From NCBI GenBank assembly GCA_964016885.1, contig OZ024744.1:48050001-48114000 (forward strand): a stretch of 64,000 nt of DNA. The letters are read 5' to 3'. Positions 47,501-62,700 of the stretch are shown here, piece after piece (the stretch's first letter is position 1; each line of letters begins with the position of its first letter). The stretch comes from Eledone cirrhosa. Lineage: Eukaryota. Made by a program: the position numbers and the translations under genes. The notes below the pieces were generated by a model. That model was not told the DNA's origin, ran no database searches, and saw nothing but the letters and a program-made list of their open reading frames with translations.

Positions 47501-50500
47501 GACCAGAACACCAACCACATTAGACTATCAAGACCAGAACTCCAACCACATTAGACTATCAAGACCAGAACACCAACAACATTAGACTATCAACACCAGA
47601 ACACCAACCACATTAGACTATCAAGACCAGAACTCCAACCACATTAGACTATCAAGACCAGAACACCAACCACATTAGACTATCAAGACCAGAACACCAA
47701 CCACATCACATTTGACTATCAAGACCAGAACACCAACCACATCACATTAGACTATCAAGACCATAACACCAACCACATTAGACTATCAAGACCATAACAC
47801 CAACCACATTAGACTATCAAGACCAGAACAACAACTAGATCACATTAGACTATCAAGACCAGAACATCAACAATATCATTTTAGACTATCAAGACCAGAA
47901 CACCAACAAAATCACATTAGACTATCAAGACCAGAACACCAACCACATCACATTAGACTATCAAGACCAGAACACCAACCACATCACATTAGACTATCAA
48001 GACCAGAACACCAACCACATCACATTAGACTATCAAGATGTGAACACCAACCACATTAGACTATCAAGACCAGAACACCAACCACATTAGACTATCAAGA
48101 CCAGAACACCAACCACATTAGACTATCAAGACCAAAACACCAACCACATCACATTAGACTATCAAGACCAGAACACCAACCACATTAGATTTCAAGACCA
48201 GAACACCAACCACATTATACTATCAAGACCAGAACACCAACCACATCACATTAGACTATCAAGAACAGAACACCAACCACATCAGATTAGACTATCAAGA
48301 CCAGAACACCAACCACATCACATTAGACTATCAAGACCAGAACACCAACCACATCACATTAGACTATCAAGACGTGAACACCAACCACATTAGACTATCA
48401 AGACCAGAACACCAACCACATTAGACTATCAAGACCAGAACACCAACCACATTAGACTATCAAGACCAGAACACCAACCACATCACATTAGACTATCAAG
48501 ACCAGAACACCAACAACATCACATTAGACTATCAAGACCATAACAGCAACCATATTAGACTATCAAGACCAGAACACCAACCACATCACGTTAGACTATC
48601 AAGACCAGAACACCAACCACATTAGACTATCAAGACCAGAAAACCAACCACATTAGACTATCAAGACCAGAACACCAACCACATCACATTAGAATATCAA
48701 GACCAGAACACCAACCACATTAGACTATCAAGACCAGAACACCAACCACATCACATTAGACTATCAAAACCAGAACACCAACCACATTAGACTATCAAGA
48801 ACAGAACACCAACCACATTAGACTATCAAGAACAGAACACCAACCTCATTAGACTATCAAGACCAGAACACCAACCACATCACATTAGACTATCAAGACC
48901 AGAACACTAACAACATCACATAGTCTATCAAGACCAGAACACCAACAACATCACATTAGACTATAAAGACCAGAACACCAACAACATCACATTAGACTAT
49001 CAAGACCAGAACACCACCCACATCACATTAGACTATCAAAACCAGAACACCAAACACATCACATAAGACTATCAAGACCAGAACACCAACCACATTAGAC
49101 TACCATGACCAGAACAACAACCACATCACATTAGACTATTAAGACCAGAACACCAACCACATCACATTAGACTATCAAGACCAGAACACCAACCACATTA
49201 GACTATCAAGACCAGAACTCCAACCACATCACATTAGACTATCAAGACCAGAACACCAACCACATTAGACTATCAAGACCAGAACACCAACCACATCACA
49301 TTAGACTATCAAGACCAGAACACCAACCACATCACATTAGAATATCAAGACCAGAACACCAACCACATCACATTAGACTATCAAGACCATAACACCAACC
49401 ACATTAGACTATCAAGACCATAACACCAACCACATTAGACTATCAAGACCAGAACACCAACCACATTAGACTATCAAGACCAGAACACCAACCACATTAG
49501 ACTATCAAGACCAGAACACCAACCACATCACATAAGACTATCAAGACCAGAACATAAACCACATCACATTAGACTATCAAGACCAGAACACCAACCACAT
49601 CACATTAGACTATCAAGACCAGAACACCAACCACATCACATTAGACTATCAAGAGCAGAACACCAACCACATCACATTAGACTATCAAGACCAGAACACC
49701 AACCACATCACATTAGACTATCAAGACCAGAACACCAGCCACATTAGACTATCAAGACCAGAACACCAACTACATTAGACTATCAAGACCAGAACACCAA
49801 CCACATTAGACTATCAAGACCAGAACACCAACCACATCACATAAGACTATCAAGACCAGAACATAAACCACATCACATTAGACTATCAAGACCAGAACAC
49901 CAACCACATCACATTAGACTATCAAGACCAGAACACCAACCACATCACATTAGACTATCAAGACCAGAACACTAACCACATTAGACTATCAAGACCAGAA
50001 CACCAACCACATTAGACTATCAAGACCAGAACACCAACCACATCACATTAGACTATCAAGACCAGAACACCAACCACATTAGACTATCAAGACCAGAACA
50101 CCAACAACATTAGACTATCAAGACCAGAACACCAACCACATCACATTAGACTATCAAGGCAAGAACACCAACCACATTAGACTATCAAGACCAGAACACC
50201 AACCACATCACATTTGACTATCAAGACCAGAACACCAACCACATCACATTAGACTATCAAGACCAGAACACAAACCACATCACATTAGACTATCAAGACC
50301 AGAACACCAACCACATCACATTAGACTATCAAGACCAGAACACCAACCACATTAGACTATCAAGACCAGAACTCCAACCACATTAGACTATCAAGAGAAG
50401 AACACCAACCACATCACATTAGACTATCAAGACCAGAACACCAACCACATTAGACTATCAAGACCAGAACTCCAACCACATTAGACTATCAAGACCAGAA

Positions 50501-50729
50501 CACCAACAACATTAGACTATCAACACCAGAACACCAACCACATTAGACTATCAAGACCAGAACTCCAACCACATTACACTATCAAGACCAGAACACCAAC
50601 CACATCACATTAGACTATCAAGACCAGAACACCAACCACATCACATTAGACTATCAAGACCAGAACACCAACCACATTAGACTATCAAGACCAGAACACC
50701 AACCACATTAGACTATCAAGACCAGAACA
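32572..50729. repeat. HOR copy 3 (long type plus 160-bp and 2500-bp insertions, 18,158 bp)
   Basis: GATC marker at 34441; GTAC marker present twice (42678 and 45178). It retains the block that is missing in copies 2 and 4 (GACTAGC at 38453). Confidence 0.88.
43050..45550. repeat. 2500-bp complex insertion unique to HOR copy 3
   Basis: AGATTTC 42497/44997 and GTAC 42678/45178 are exactly 2500 bp apart. The interval includes a re-copy of ~40100-40640 and a divergent block at ~43740-44650. Confidence 0.85.
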
Positions 50730-53700
50730 CCGACCACATCACATTAGACTATCAAGACCAGAACACCAACCACATTAGACTATCAAGACCAGAACACCAA
50801 CCACATCAGATTAGACTATCCTGACCAGAACACCAACCACATTAGACTATCAAGAACAGAACTCCAACCACATTACACTATCAAGACCAGAACACCAACC
50901 ACATCACATTAGACTATCAAGACCAGAACACCAACCACATCACATTAGACTATCAAGACCAGAACACCAACCACATTAGACTATCAAGACCAGAACACCA
51001 ACAACATCACATTAGACTATCAAGACCAGAACACCAACCACATCACATTAGACTATCAAGACCAGAACACCAACCACATTAGACTATCAAGACCAGAACA
51101 CCAACACATCACATTAGACTATCAAGACCAGAACACCAACCACATCACAGTAGACTATCCTGACCAGAACACCAACCACATTAGACTATCAAGACCAGAA
51201 CTCCAACCACATTAGACTGTCAAGACCAGAACACCAACCACATCACATTAGACTATCAAGACCAGAACACCAACCACATTAGACTATCAAGACCAGAACA
51301 CCAACCACATCACATTAGACTATCAAGACCAGAACACCAACCACATCACATTAGACTATCAAGACCAGAACACCAACCACATCACATTAGACTATCAAGA
51401 CCATAACACAAACCACATTAGACTATCAAGACCATAACACCAACCACATTAGACTATCAAGACCAGAACACCAACCACATTAGACTATCAAGACCAGAAC
51501 ACCAACCACATTAGACTATCAAGACCAGAACACCAACCACATCACATAAGACTATCAAGACCAGAACATAAACCACATCACATTAGACTATCAAGACCAG
51601 AACACCAACCACATCACATTAGACTATCAAGACCAGAACACCAACCACATTAGACTATCAAGGACAGAACACCAACCATATTAGACTATCAAGACCAGAA
51701 CACCAACCACATTAGACTATCAACAACAGAACACCAACCACATTAGACTATCAAGAACAGAACACCAACCACATTAGACTATCAAGACCAGAACACCAAC
51801 CACATCACATTAGCCTATCAAGAACAGAACACCAACCACATCACATTAGACTATCAAGACCAGAACACCAACCACATTAGACTATCAAGACCAGAACTCC
51901 AACCACATCACATTAGACTATCAAGACCAGAACACCAACCACATTAGACTATCAAGACCAGAACACCAACCACATCACATTAGACTATCAAGACCAGAAC
52001 ACCAACCACATCACATTAGACTATCAAGACCAGAACACCAACCACATCACATTAGACTATCAAGACCATAACACCAACCACATTAGACTATCAAGACCAT
52101 AACACCAACCACATTAGACTATCAAGACCAGAACACCAACCACATTAGACTATCAAGACCAGAACACCAACCACATTAGACTATCAAGACCAGAACACCA
52201 ACCACATCACATAAGACTATCAAGACCAGAACATAAACCACATCACATTAGACTATCAAGACCAGAACACCAACCACATCACATTAGACTATCAAGACCA
52301 GAACACCAACCACATCACATTAGACCATCAAGACCAGAACACCAACCACATCACATTAGACTATCAAGACCAGAACACCAACCACATCACATTAGACTAT
52401 CAAGACCAGAACACCAACCACATTAGACTATCAAGACCAGAACACCAACCACATTAGACTATCAAGACCAGAACACCAACCACATTAGACTATCAAGACC
52501 AGAACACCAACCACATCACATAAGACTATCAAGACCAGAACATAAACCACATCACATTAGACTATCAAGACCAGAACACCAACCACATCACATTAGACGA
52601 TCAAGACCAGAACACCAACCACATCACATTAGACTATCAAGACCAGAACACTAACCACATTAGACTATCAAGACCAGAACACCAACCACATTAGACTAGC
52701 AAGACCAGAACACCAACCACATTAGACTATCAAGACCAGAACACCAACCACATTAGACTATCAAGACCAGAACTCCAACCACATTAGACTATCAAGACCA
52801 GAACACCAACCACATCACATTAGACTATCAAGACCAGAACACCAACCACATTAGACTATCAAGACCAGAACACCAACAATATCATTTTAGACTATCAAGA
52901 CCAGAACACCAACCACATTAGACTATCAAGACCAGAACACCAACAACATTAGACTATCAAGACCAGAACACCAACCACATCACATTAGACTATCAAGACC
53001 AGAACACCAACCACGTTAGACTATCAAGACCAGAACACCAACCACATCACATTTGACTATCAAGACCAGAACACCAACCACATCACATTAGACTATCAAG
53101 ACCAGAACACAAACCACATCACATTAGACTATCAAGACCAGAACACCAACCACATCACATTAGACTATCAAGACCAGAACACCAACCACATTAGACTATC
53201 AAGACCAGAACTCCAACCACATTAGACTATCAAGAGAAGAACACCAACCACATCACTTTAGACTATCAAGACCAGAACACCAACCACATTAGACTATCAA
53301 GACCAGAACTCCAACCACATTAGACTATCAAGACCAGAACACCAACAACATTAGACTATCAACACCAGAACAGCAACCACATTAGTCTATCAAGACCAGA
53401 ACTCCAACCACATTAGACTATCAAGACCAGAACACCAACCACATTAGACTATCAAGACCAGAACACCAACCACATCACATTTGACTATCAAGAACAGAAC
53501 ACCAACCACATCACATTAGACTATCAAGACCAGAAAACCAACCACATCACATTAGACTATCAAGACCAGAACACCAACCACATCACATTAGACTATCAAG
53601 ACCAGAACACCAACCACATTAGACTATCAAGACCAGAACACCAACCACATCACATTAGACTATCAAGACCAGAACACCAACCACATTATACTATCAAGAC

Positions 53701-56700
53701 CAGAACACCAACCACATTAGACTATCAAGACCAGAACACCAACCACATTAGACTATCAAGACCAGAACACCAACCACATTAGACTATCAAGACCAGAACA
53801 CCAACCACATCACATTAGACTATCAAGACCAGAACACCAACCACATTAGACTATCAAGACCAGAACACCAACCACATTAGACTATCAAGACCAGAACACC
53901 AACCACATTAGACTATCAAGACCAGAACACCAACCACATCACATTAGACTATCAAGACCAGAACACCAACCACATTAGACTATCAAGACCAGAACACCAA
54001 CCACATTAGACTATCAAGACCAGAACACCAACCACATCACATTAGACTATCAAGACCAGAACACCAACCACATTAGACTATCAAGACCAGAACACCAACC
54101 ACATCAGATTAGACTATCCTGACCAGAACACCAACCACATTAGACAATCAAGAACAGAACTCCAACCACATTACAATATCAAGACCAGAACACCAACCAC
54201 ATCACATTAGACAATCAAGACCAGAACACCAACCACATCACATTAGACTATCAAGACCAGAACACCAAACACATTAGACTATCATGACCAGAACACCAAC
54301 CACATTAGACTATCAAGACCATAACACCAACCACATCACATCAGACTATCAAGAGCAGAACACCAACCACATTAGACTATCAAGACCAGAACACCAACCA
54401 CATTAGACTATCAAGACCAGAACACCAACCACATTAGACTATCAAGACCAGAACACCAACCACATTAGACTATCAAGACCAGAACACCAACCACATTAGA
54501 CTATCAAGACCAGAACACCAACCACATTAGACTATCAAGACCAGAACACCAACCACATTAGACTATCAAGACCAGAACACCAACCACATCACATAAGACT
54601 ATCAAGACCAGAACATAAACCACATCACATTAGACTATCAAGACCAGAACACCAACCACATCACATTAGACTATCAAGACCAGAACACCAACCACATCAC
54701 ATTAGACTATCAAGACCTGAACACCAACCACATCACATTAGACTATCAAGACCAGAACACCAACCACATTAGACTATCAAGACCAGAACACCAACCACAT
54801 TAGACTATCAAGACCAGAACACCAACCACATTAGACTATCAAGACCAGAACACCAACCACATTAGACTATCAAGACCAGAACGCCAACCACATTAGACTA
54901 TCAAGTCCAGAACACCAACCACATTAGACTATCAACACCAGAACACCAACCACATTAGACTATCAAGACCAGAACACCAACAACATCACATTAGACTATC
55001 AAGACCAGAACACCAACCACATCACATTAGACTATCAAGACCAGAACACCAACCACATTAGACTATCAAGACCAGAACACCAACACATCACATTAGACTA
55101 TCAAGACCAGAACACCAACCACATCACAGTAGACTATCCTGACCAGAACACCAACCACATTAGACTATCAAGACCAGAACTCCAACCACATTAGACTGTC
55201 AAGACCAGAACACCAACCACATCACATTAGACTATCAAGACCAGAACACCAACCACATTAGACTATCAAGACCAGAACACCAACCACATCACATTAGACT
55301 ATCAAGACCAGAACACCAACCACATCACATTAGACTATCAAGACCAGAACACCAACCACATCACATTAGACTATCAAGACCATAACACAAACCACATTAG
55401 ACTATCAAGACCATAACACCAACCACATTAGACTATCAAGACCAGAACACCAACCACATTAGACTATCAAGACCAGAACACCAACCACATCACATAAGAC
55501 TATCAAGACCAGAACATAAACCACATCACATTAGACTATCAAGACCAGAACACCAACCACATCACATTAGACTATCAAGACCAGAACACCAACCACATTA
55601 GACTATCAAGGACAGAACACCAACCATATTAGACTATCAAGACCAGAACACCAACCACATTAGACTATCAACAACAGAACACCAACCACATTAGACTATC
55701 AAGAACAGAACACCAACCACATTAGACTATCAAGACCAGAACACCAACCACATCACATTAGCCTATCAAGAACAGAACACCAACCACATCACATTAGACT
55801 ATCAAGACCAGAACACCAACCACATTAGACTATCAAGACCAGAACTCCAACCACATCACATTAGACTATCAAGACCAGAACACCAACCACATTAGACTAT
55901 CAAGACCAGAACACCAACCACATCACATTAGACTATCAAGACCAGAACACCAACCACATCACATTAGACTATCAAGACCAGAACACCAACCACATCACAT
56001 TAGACTATCAAGACCATAACACCAACCACATTAGACTATCAAGACCATAACACCAACCACATTAGACTATCAAGACCAGAACACCAACCACATTAGACTA
56101 TCAAGACCAGAACACCAACCACATTAGACTATCAAGACCAGAACACCAACCACATCACATAAGACTATCAAGACCAGAACATAAACCACATCACATTAGA
56201 CTATCAAGACCAGAACACCAACCACATCACATTAGACTATCAAGACCAGAACACCAACCACATCACATTAGACCATCAAGACCAGAACACCAACCACATC
56301 ACATTAGACTATCAAGACCAGAACACCAACCACATCACATTAGACTATCAAGACCAGAACACCAACCACATTAGACTATCAAGACCAGAACACCAACCAC
56401 ATTAGACTATCAAGACCAGAACACCAACCACATTAGACTATCAAGACCAGAACACCAACCACATCACATAAGACTATCAAGACCAGAACATAAACCACAT
56501 CACATTAGACTATCAAGACCAGAACACCAACCACATCACATTAGACTATCAAGACCAGAACACCAACCACATCACATTAGACTATCAAGACCAGAACACT
56601 AACCACATTAGACTATCAAGACCAGAACACCAACCACATTAGACTATCAAGACCAGAACACCAACCACATTAGACTATCAAGACCAGAACACCAACCACA

Positions 56701-59700
56701 TCACATTAGACTATCAAGACCAGAACACCAACCACATTAGACTATCAAGACCAGAACACCAACCACATTAGACTATCAAGACCAGAACACCAACCACATT
56801 AGACTATCAAGACCAGAACACCAACCACATCACATTAGACTATCAAGACCAGAACACCAACCACATTAGACTATCAAGACCAGAACACCAACCACATTAG
56901 ACTATCAAGACCAGAACACCAACCACATCACATTAGACTATCAAGACCAGAACACCAACCACATTAGACTATCAAGACCAGAACACCAACCACATCAGAT
57001 TAGACTATCCTGACCAGAACACCAACCACATTAGACAATCAAGAACAGAACTCCAACCACATTACAATATCAAGACCAGAACACCAACCACATCACATTA
57101 GACTATCAAGACCAGAACACCAACCACATCACATTAGACTATCAAGACCAGAACACCAAACACATTAGACTATCATGACCATAACACCAACCACATTAGA
57201 CTATCAAGACCATAACACCAACCACATCACATCAGACTATCAAGAGCAGAACACCAACCACATTAGACTATCAAGACCAGAACACCAACCACATTAGACT
57301 ATCAAGACCAGAACAACAACCACATTAGACTATCAAGACCAGAACACCAACCACATTAGACTATCAAGACCAGAACACCAACCACATTAGACTATCAAGA
57401 CCAGAACACCAACCACATTAGACTATCAAGACCAGAACACCAACCACATTAGACTATCAAGACCAGAACACCAACCACATCACATAAGACTATCAAGACC
57501 AGAACATAAACCACATCACATTAGACTATCAAGACCAGAACACCAACCACATCACATTAGACTATCAAGACCAGAACACCAACCACATCACATTAGACTA
57601 TCAAGACCTGAACACCAACCACATCACATTAGACTATCAAGACCAGAACACCAACAACATCACATTAGACTATCAAGACCAGAACACCAACCACATTAGA
57701 CTATCAAGAACAGAACACCAACAACATTAGACTATCAAGACCATAACACCAACCACATTAGACTATCAAGAACAGAACACCAACCACATTAGACTATCAA
57801 GACCAGAACACCAACAACAATAGACTATCAAGACCAGAACACCAACCACATTAGACTATCAAGAACAGAACACCAACCACATTAGACTATCAAGACAAGA
57901 ACACCAACCACATTAGACTATCAAGAACAGAACACCAACCACATTAGACTATCAAGAACAGAACACCAACCACATTAGACTATCAAGAACAGAACACCAA
58001 CCACATCACATTAGCCTATCAAGAACAGAACACCAACCACATTAGACTATCAAGACCAGAACACCAACCACATTAGACTATCAAAACCAGAACACCAACC
58101 ACATCACATTAGACTATCAAGACCAGAACACCAACCACATTAGACTATCAAGACCAGAACACCAACCACATCACATTAGAATATCCAGACCAGAACACCA
58201 ACCATATCACATTAGACTATCAAGACCTGAACACCAACAACATCACATTAGACTATCAAGACCAGAACACCAACAACATCACATTAGACTATCAAGACCA
58301 GAACACCAACCACATTAGACTATCAAGAACATAACACCAACAACATTAGACTATCAAGAACATAACACCAACCACATTAGACTATCAAGAACAGAACACC
58401 AACCACATTAGACTATCAAGAACAGAACACCAACCACATTAGACTATCAAGACCAGAACACCAACCACATCACATTAGCCTATCAAGAACAGAACACCAA
58501 CCACATTAGACTATCAATACCAGAACACCAACCACATTAGACTATCAAGAACAGAACACAAACCACATTAGACCATCAAGACCAGAACACCAACCACATT
58601 AGACTATCAAGACCAGAACACCAAACACATTACACTATCAAGAACAGAACACCAACCACATTAGACTATCAAGAACAGAACACCAACCACATTAGACTAT
58701 CAAGAACAGAACACCAACCACATTAGACTATCAAGAACAGAACACCAACCACATTAGACTATCAAGAACAGAACACCAACCACATTAGACTATCAAGAAC
58801 AGAACACAAACCACATTAGACTATCAAGACCAGAACATTAACAACATCACATAGTCTATCAAGACCAGAACACCAACAACATCACATTAGACTATCAAGA
58901 CCAGAACACCACCCACATCACATTAGACTATCAAGACCAGAACACCAAACACATCACATTAGACTATCAAGACCAGAACACCAACCACATTAGACTACCA
59001 AGACCAGAACACCAACCACATCACATTGGACTATTAAGACCAGAACACCAACCACATTAGACTATCAAGACCAGAACTCCAACCACATTAGACTATCAAG
59101 ACCAGAACACTAACCACATCACATTAGACTATCAAAACCATAACACCAACCACATTAGACTATCAAGACCATAACACCAACCACATTAGACTATCAAGAC
59201 CAGAACAACAACTAGATCACATTAGACTATCAAGACCAGAACATCAACAATATCATTTTAGACTATCAAGACCAGAACACCAACAACATACCATTAGACT
59301 ATCAAGACCAGAACACCAACCACATCACATTAGACTATCAAGACCAGAACACCAACCACATCACATTAGACTATCAAGACCAGAACACCAACCACATCAC
59401 ATTAGACTATCAAGACGTGAACACCAACCACATTAGACTATCAAGACCAGAACACCAACCACATTAGACTATCAAGACCAGAACACCAACCACATTAGAC
59501 TATCAAGACCAGAACACCAACCACATCACATTAGACTATCAAGACCAGAACACCAACCACATTAGATTTCAAGACCAGAACACCAACCACATTATACTAT
59601 CAAGACCAGAACACCAACCACATCACATTAGAATATCAAGACCAGAACACCAACCACATTAGACTATCAAGACCAGAACACCAACCACATCACATTAGAC

Positions 59701-62700
59701 TATCAAGAACAGAACACCAACCACATCACATTAGACTATCAAGACCAGTACACCAACCACATCACATTAGACTATCAAGACCAGAACACCAACCACATCA
59801 CATTAGACTATCAAGACGTGAACACCAACCACATTAGACTATCAAGACCAGAACACCAACAACATTAGACTATCAAGACCAGAACACCAACCACATTAGA
59901 CTATCAAGACCAGAACACCAACCACATCACATTAGACTATCAAGACCAGAACACCAACAACATCACATTAGACTACCAAGACCATAACACCAACCATATT
60001 AGACTATCAAGACCAGAACACCAACCACATCACATTAGACTATCAAGACCAGAACACCAACCACATTAGACTATCAAGACCAGAACACCAATCACATTAG
60101 ACTATCAAGACCAGAACACCAACCACATCACATTAGAATATCAAGACCAGAACACCAACCACATTAGACTATCAAGACCAGAACACCAACCACATCACAT
60201 TAGACTATCAAGACCAGAACACCAACCACATTAGACTATCAAGAACAGAACACCAACCACATTAGACTATCAAGAAAAGAACACCAACCACATTAGACTA
60301 TCAAGACCAGAACACCAACCACATCACATTAGACTATCAAGACCAGAACACTAACCACATTAGACTATCAAGACCAGAACACTAACAACATCACATAGTC
60401 TATCAAGACCAGAACACCAACAACATCACATTAGACTATAAAGACCAGAACACCAACAACATCACATTAGACTATCAAGACCAGAATACCACCCACATCA
60501 CATTAGACTATCAAAACCAGAACACCAAACACATCACATAAGACTATCAAGACCAGAACACCAACCACATTAGACTACCATGACCAGAACAACAACCACA
60601 TCACATTAGACTATTAAGACCAGAACACCAACCACATCACATTAGACTATCAAGACCAGAACACCAACCACATTAGACTATCAAGACCAGAAATCCAACC
60701 ACATCACATTAGACTATCAAGACCAGAACACCAACCACATTAGACTATCAAGACCAGAACACCAACCACATCACATTAGACTATCAAGACCAGAACACCA
60801 ACCACATCACATTAGACTATCAAGACCAGAACACCAACCACATCACATTAGACTATCAAGACCATAACACCAACCACATTAGACTATCAAGACCATAACA
60901 CCAACCACATTAGACTATCAAGACCAGAACACCAACCACATTAGACTATCAAGACCAGAACACCAACCACATTAGACTATCAAGACCAGAACACCAACCA
61001 CATCACATAAGACTATCAAGACCAGAACATAAACCACATCACATTAGACTATCAAGACCAGAACACCAACCACATCACATTAGACTATCAAGACCAGAAC
61101 ACCAACCACATCACATTAGACCATCAAGACCAGAACACCAACCACATCACATTAGACTATCAAGACCAGAACACCAACCACATCACATTAGACTATCAAG
61201 ACCAGAACACCAACCACATTAGACTATCAAGACCAGAACACCAACCACATTAGACTATCAAGACCAGAACACCAACCACATTAGACTATCAAGACCAGAA
61301 CACCAACCACATCACATAAGACTATCAAGACCAGAACATAAACCACATCACATTAGACTATCAAGACCAGAACACCAACCACATCACATTAGACTATCAA
61401 GACCAGAACACCAACCACATCACATTAGACTATCAAGACCAGAACACTAACCACATTAGACTATCAAGACCAGAACACCAACCACATTAGACTATCAAGA
61501 CCAGAACACCAAACACATTAGACTATCAAGACCAGAACACCAACCACATTAGACTATCAAGACCAGAACTCCAACCACATTAGACTATCAAGACCAGAAT
61601 ACCAACCACATCACATTAGACTATCAAGACCAGAACACCAACAACATCACATTAGACTATCAAGACCAGAACACCAACAATATCATTTTAGACTATCAAG
61701 ACCAGAACACCAACCACATTAGACTATCAAGACCAGAACACCAACAACATTAGACTATCAAGACCAGAACACCAACCACATCACATTAGACTATCAAGAC
61801 CAGAACACCAACCACGTTAGACTATCAAGACCAGAACACCAACCACATCACATTTGACTATCAAGACCAGAACACCAACCACATCACATTAGACTATCAA
61901 GACCAGAACACAAACCACATCACATTAGACTATCAAGACCAGAACACCAACCACATCACATTAGACTATCAAGACCAGAACACCAACCACATTAGACTAT
62001 CAAGACCAGAACTCCAACCACATTAGACTATCAAGAGAAGAACACCAACCACATCACATTAGACTATCAAGACCAGAACACCAACCACATTAGACTATCA
62101 AGACCAGAACTCCAACCACATTAGACTATCAAGACCAGAACACCAACAACATTAGACTATCAACACCAGAACACCAACCACATTAGACTATCAAGACCAG
62201 AACTCCAACCACATTAGACTATCAAGACCAGAACACCAACCACATTAGACTATCAAGACCAGAACACCAACCACATCACATTTGACTATCAAGACCAGAA
62301 CACCAACCACATCACATTAGACTATCAAGACCATAACACCAACCACATTAGACTATCAAGACCATAACACCAACCACATTAGACTATCAAGACCAGAACA
62401 ACAACTAGATCACATTAGACTATCAAGACCAGAACATCAACAATATCATTTTAGACTATCAAGACCAGAACACCAACAAAATCACATTAGACTATCAAGA
62501 CCAGAACACCAACCACATCACATTAGACTATCAAGACCAGAACACCAACCACATCACATTAGACTATCAAGACCAGAACACCAACCACATCACATTAGAC
62601 TATCAAGACGTGAACACCAACCACATTAGACTATCAAGACCAGAACACCAACCACATTAGACTATCAAGACCAGAACACCAACCACATTAGACTATCAAG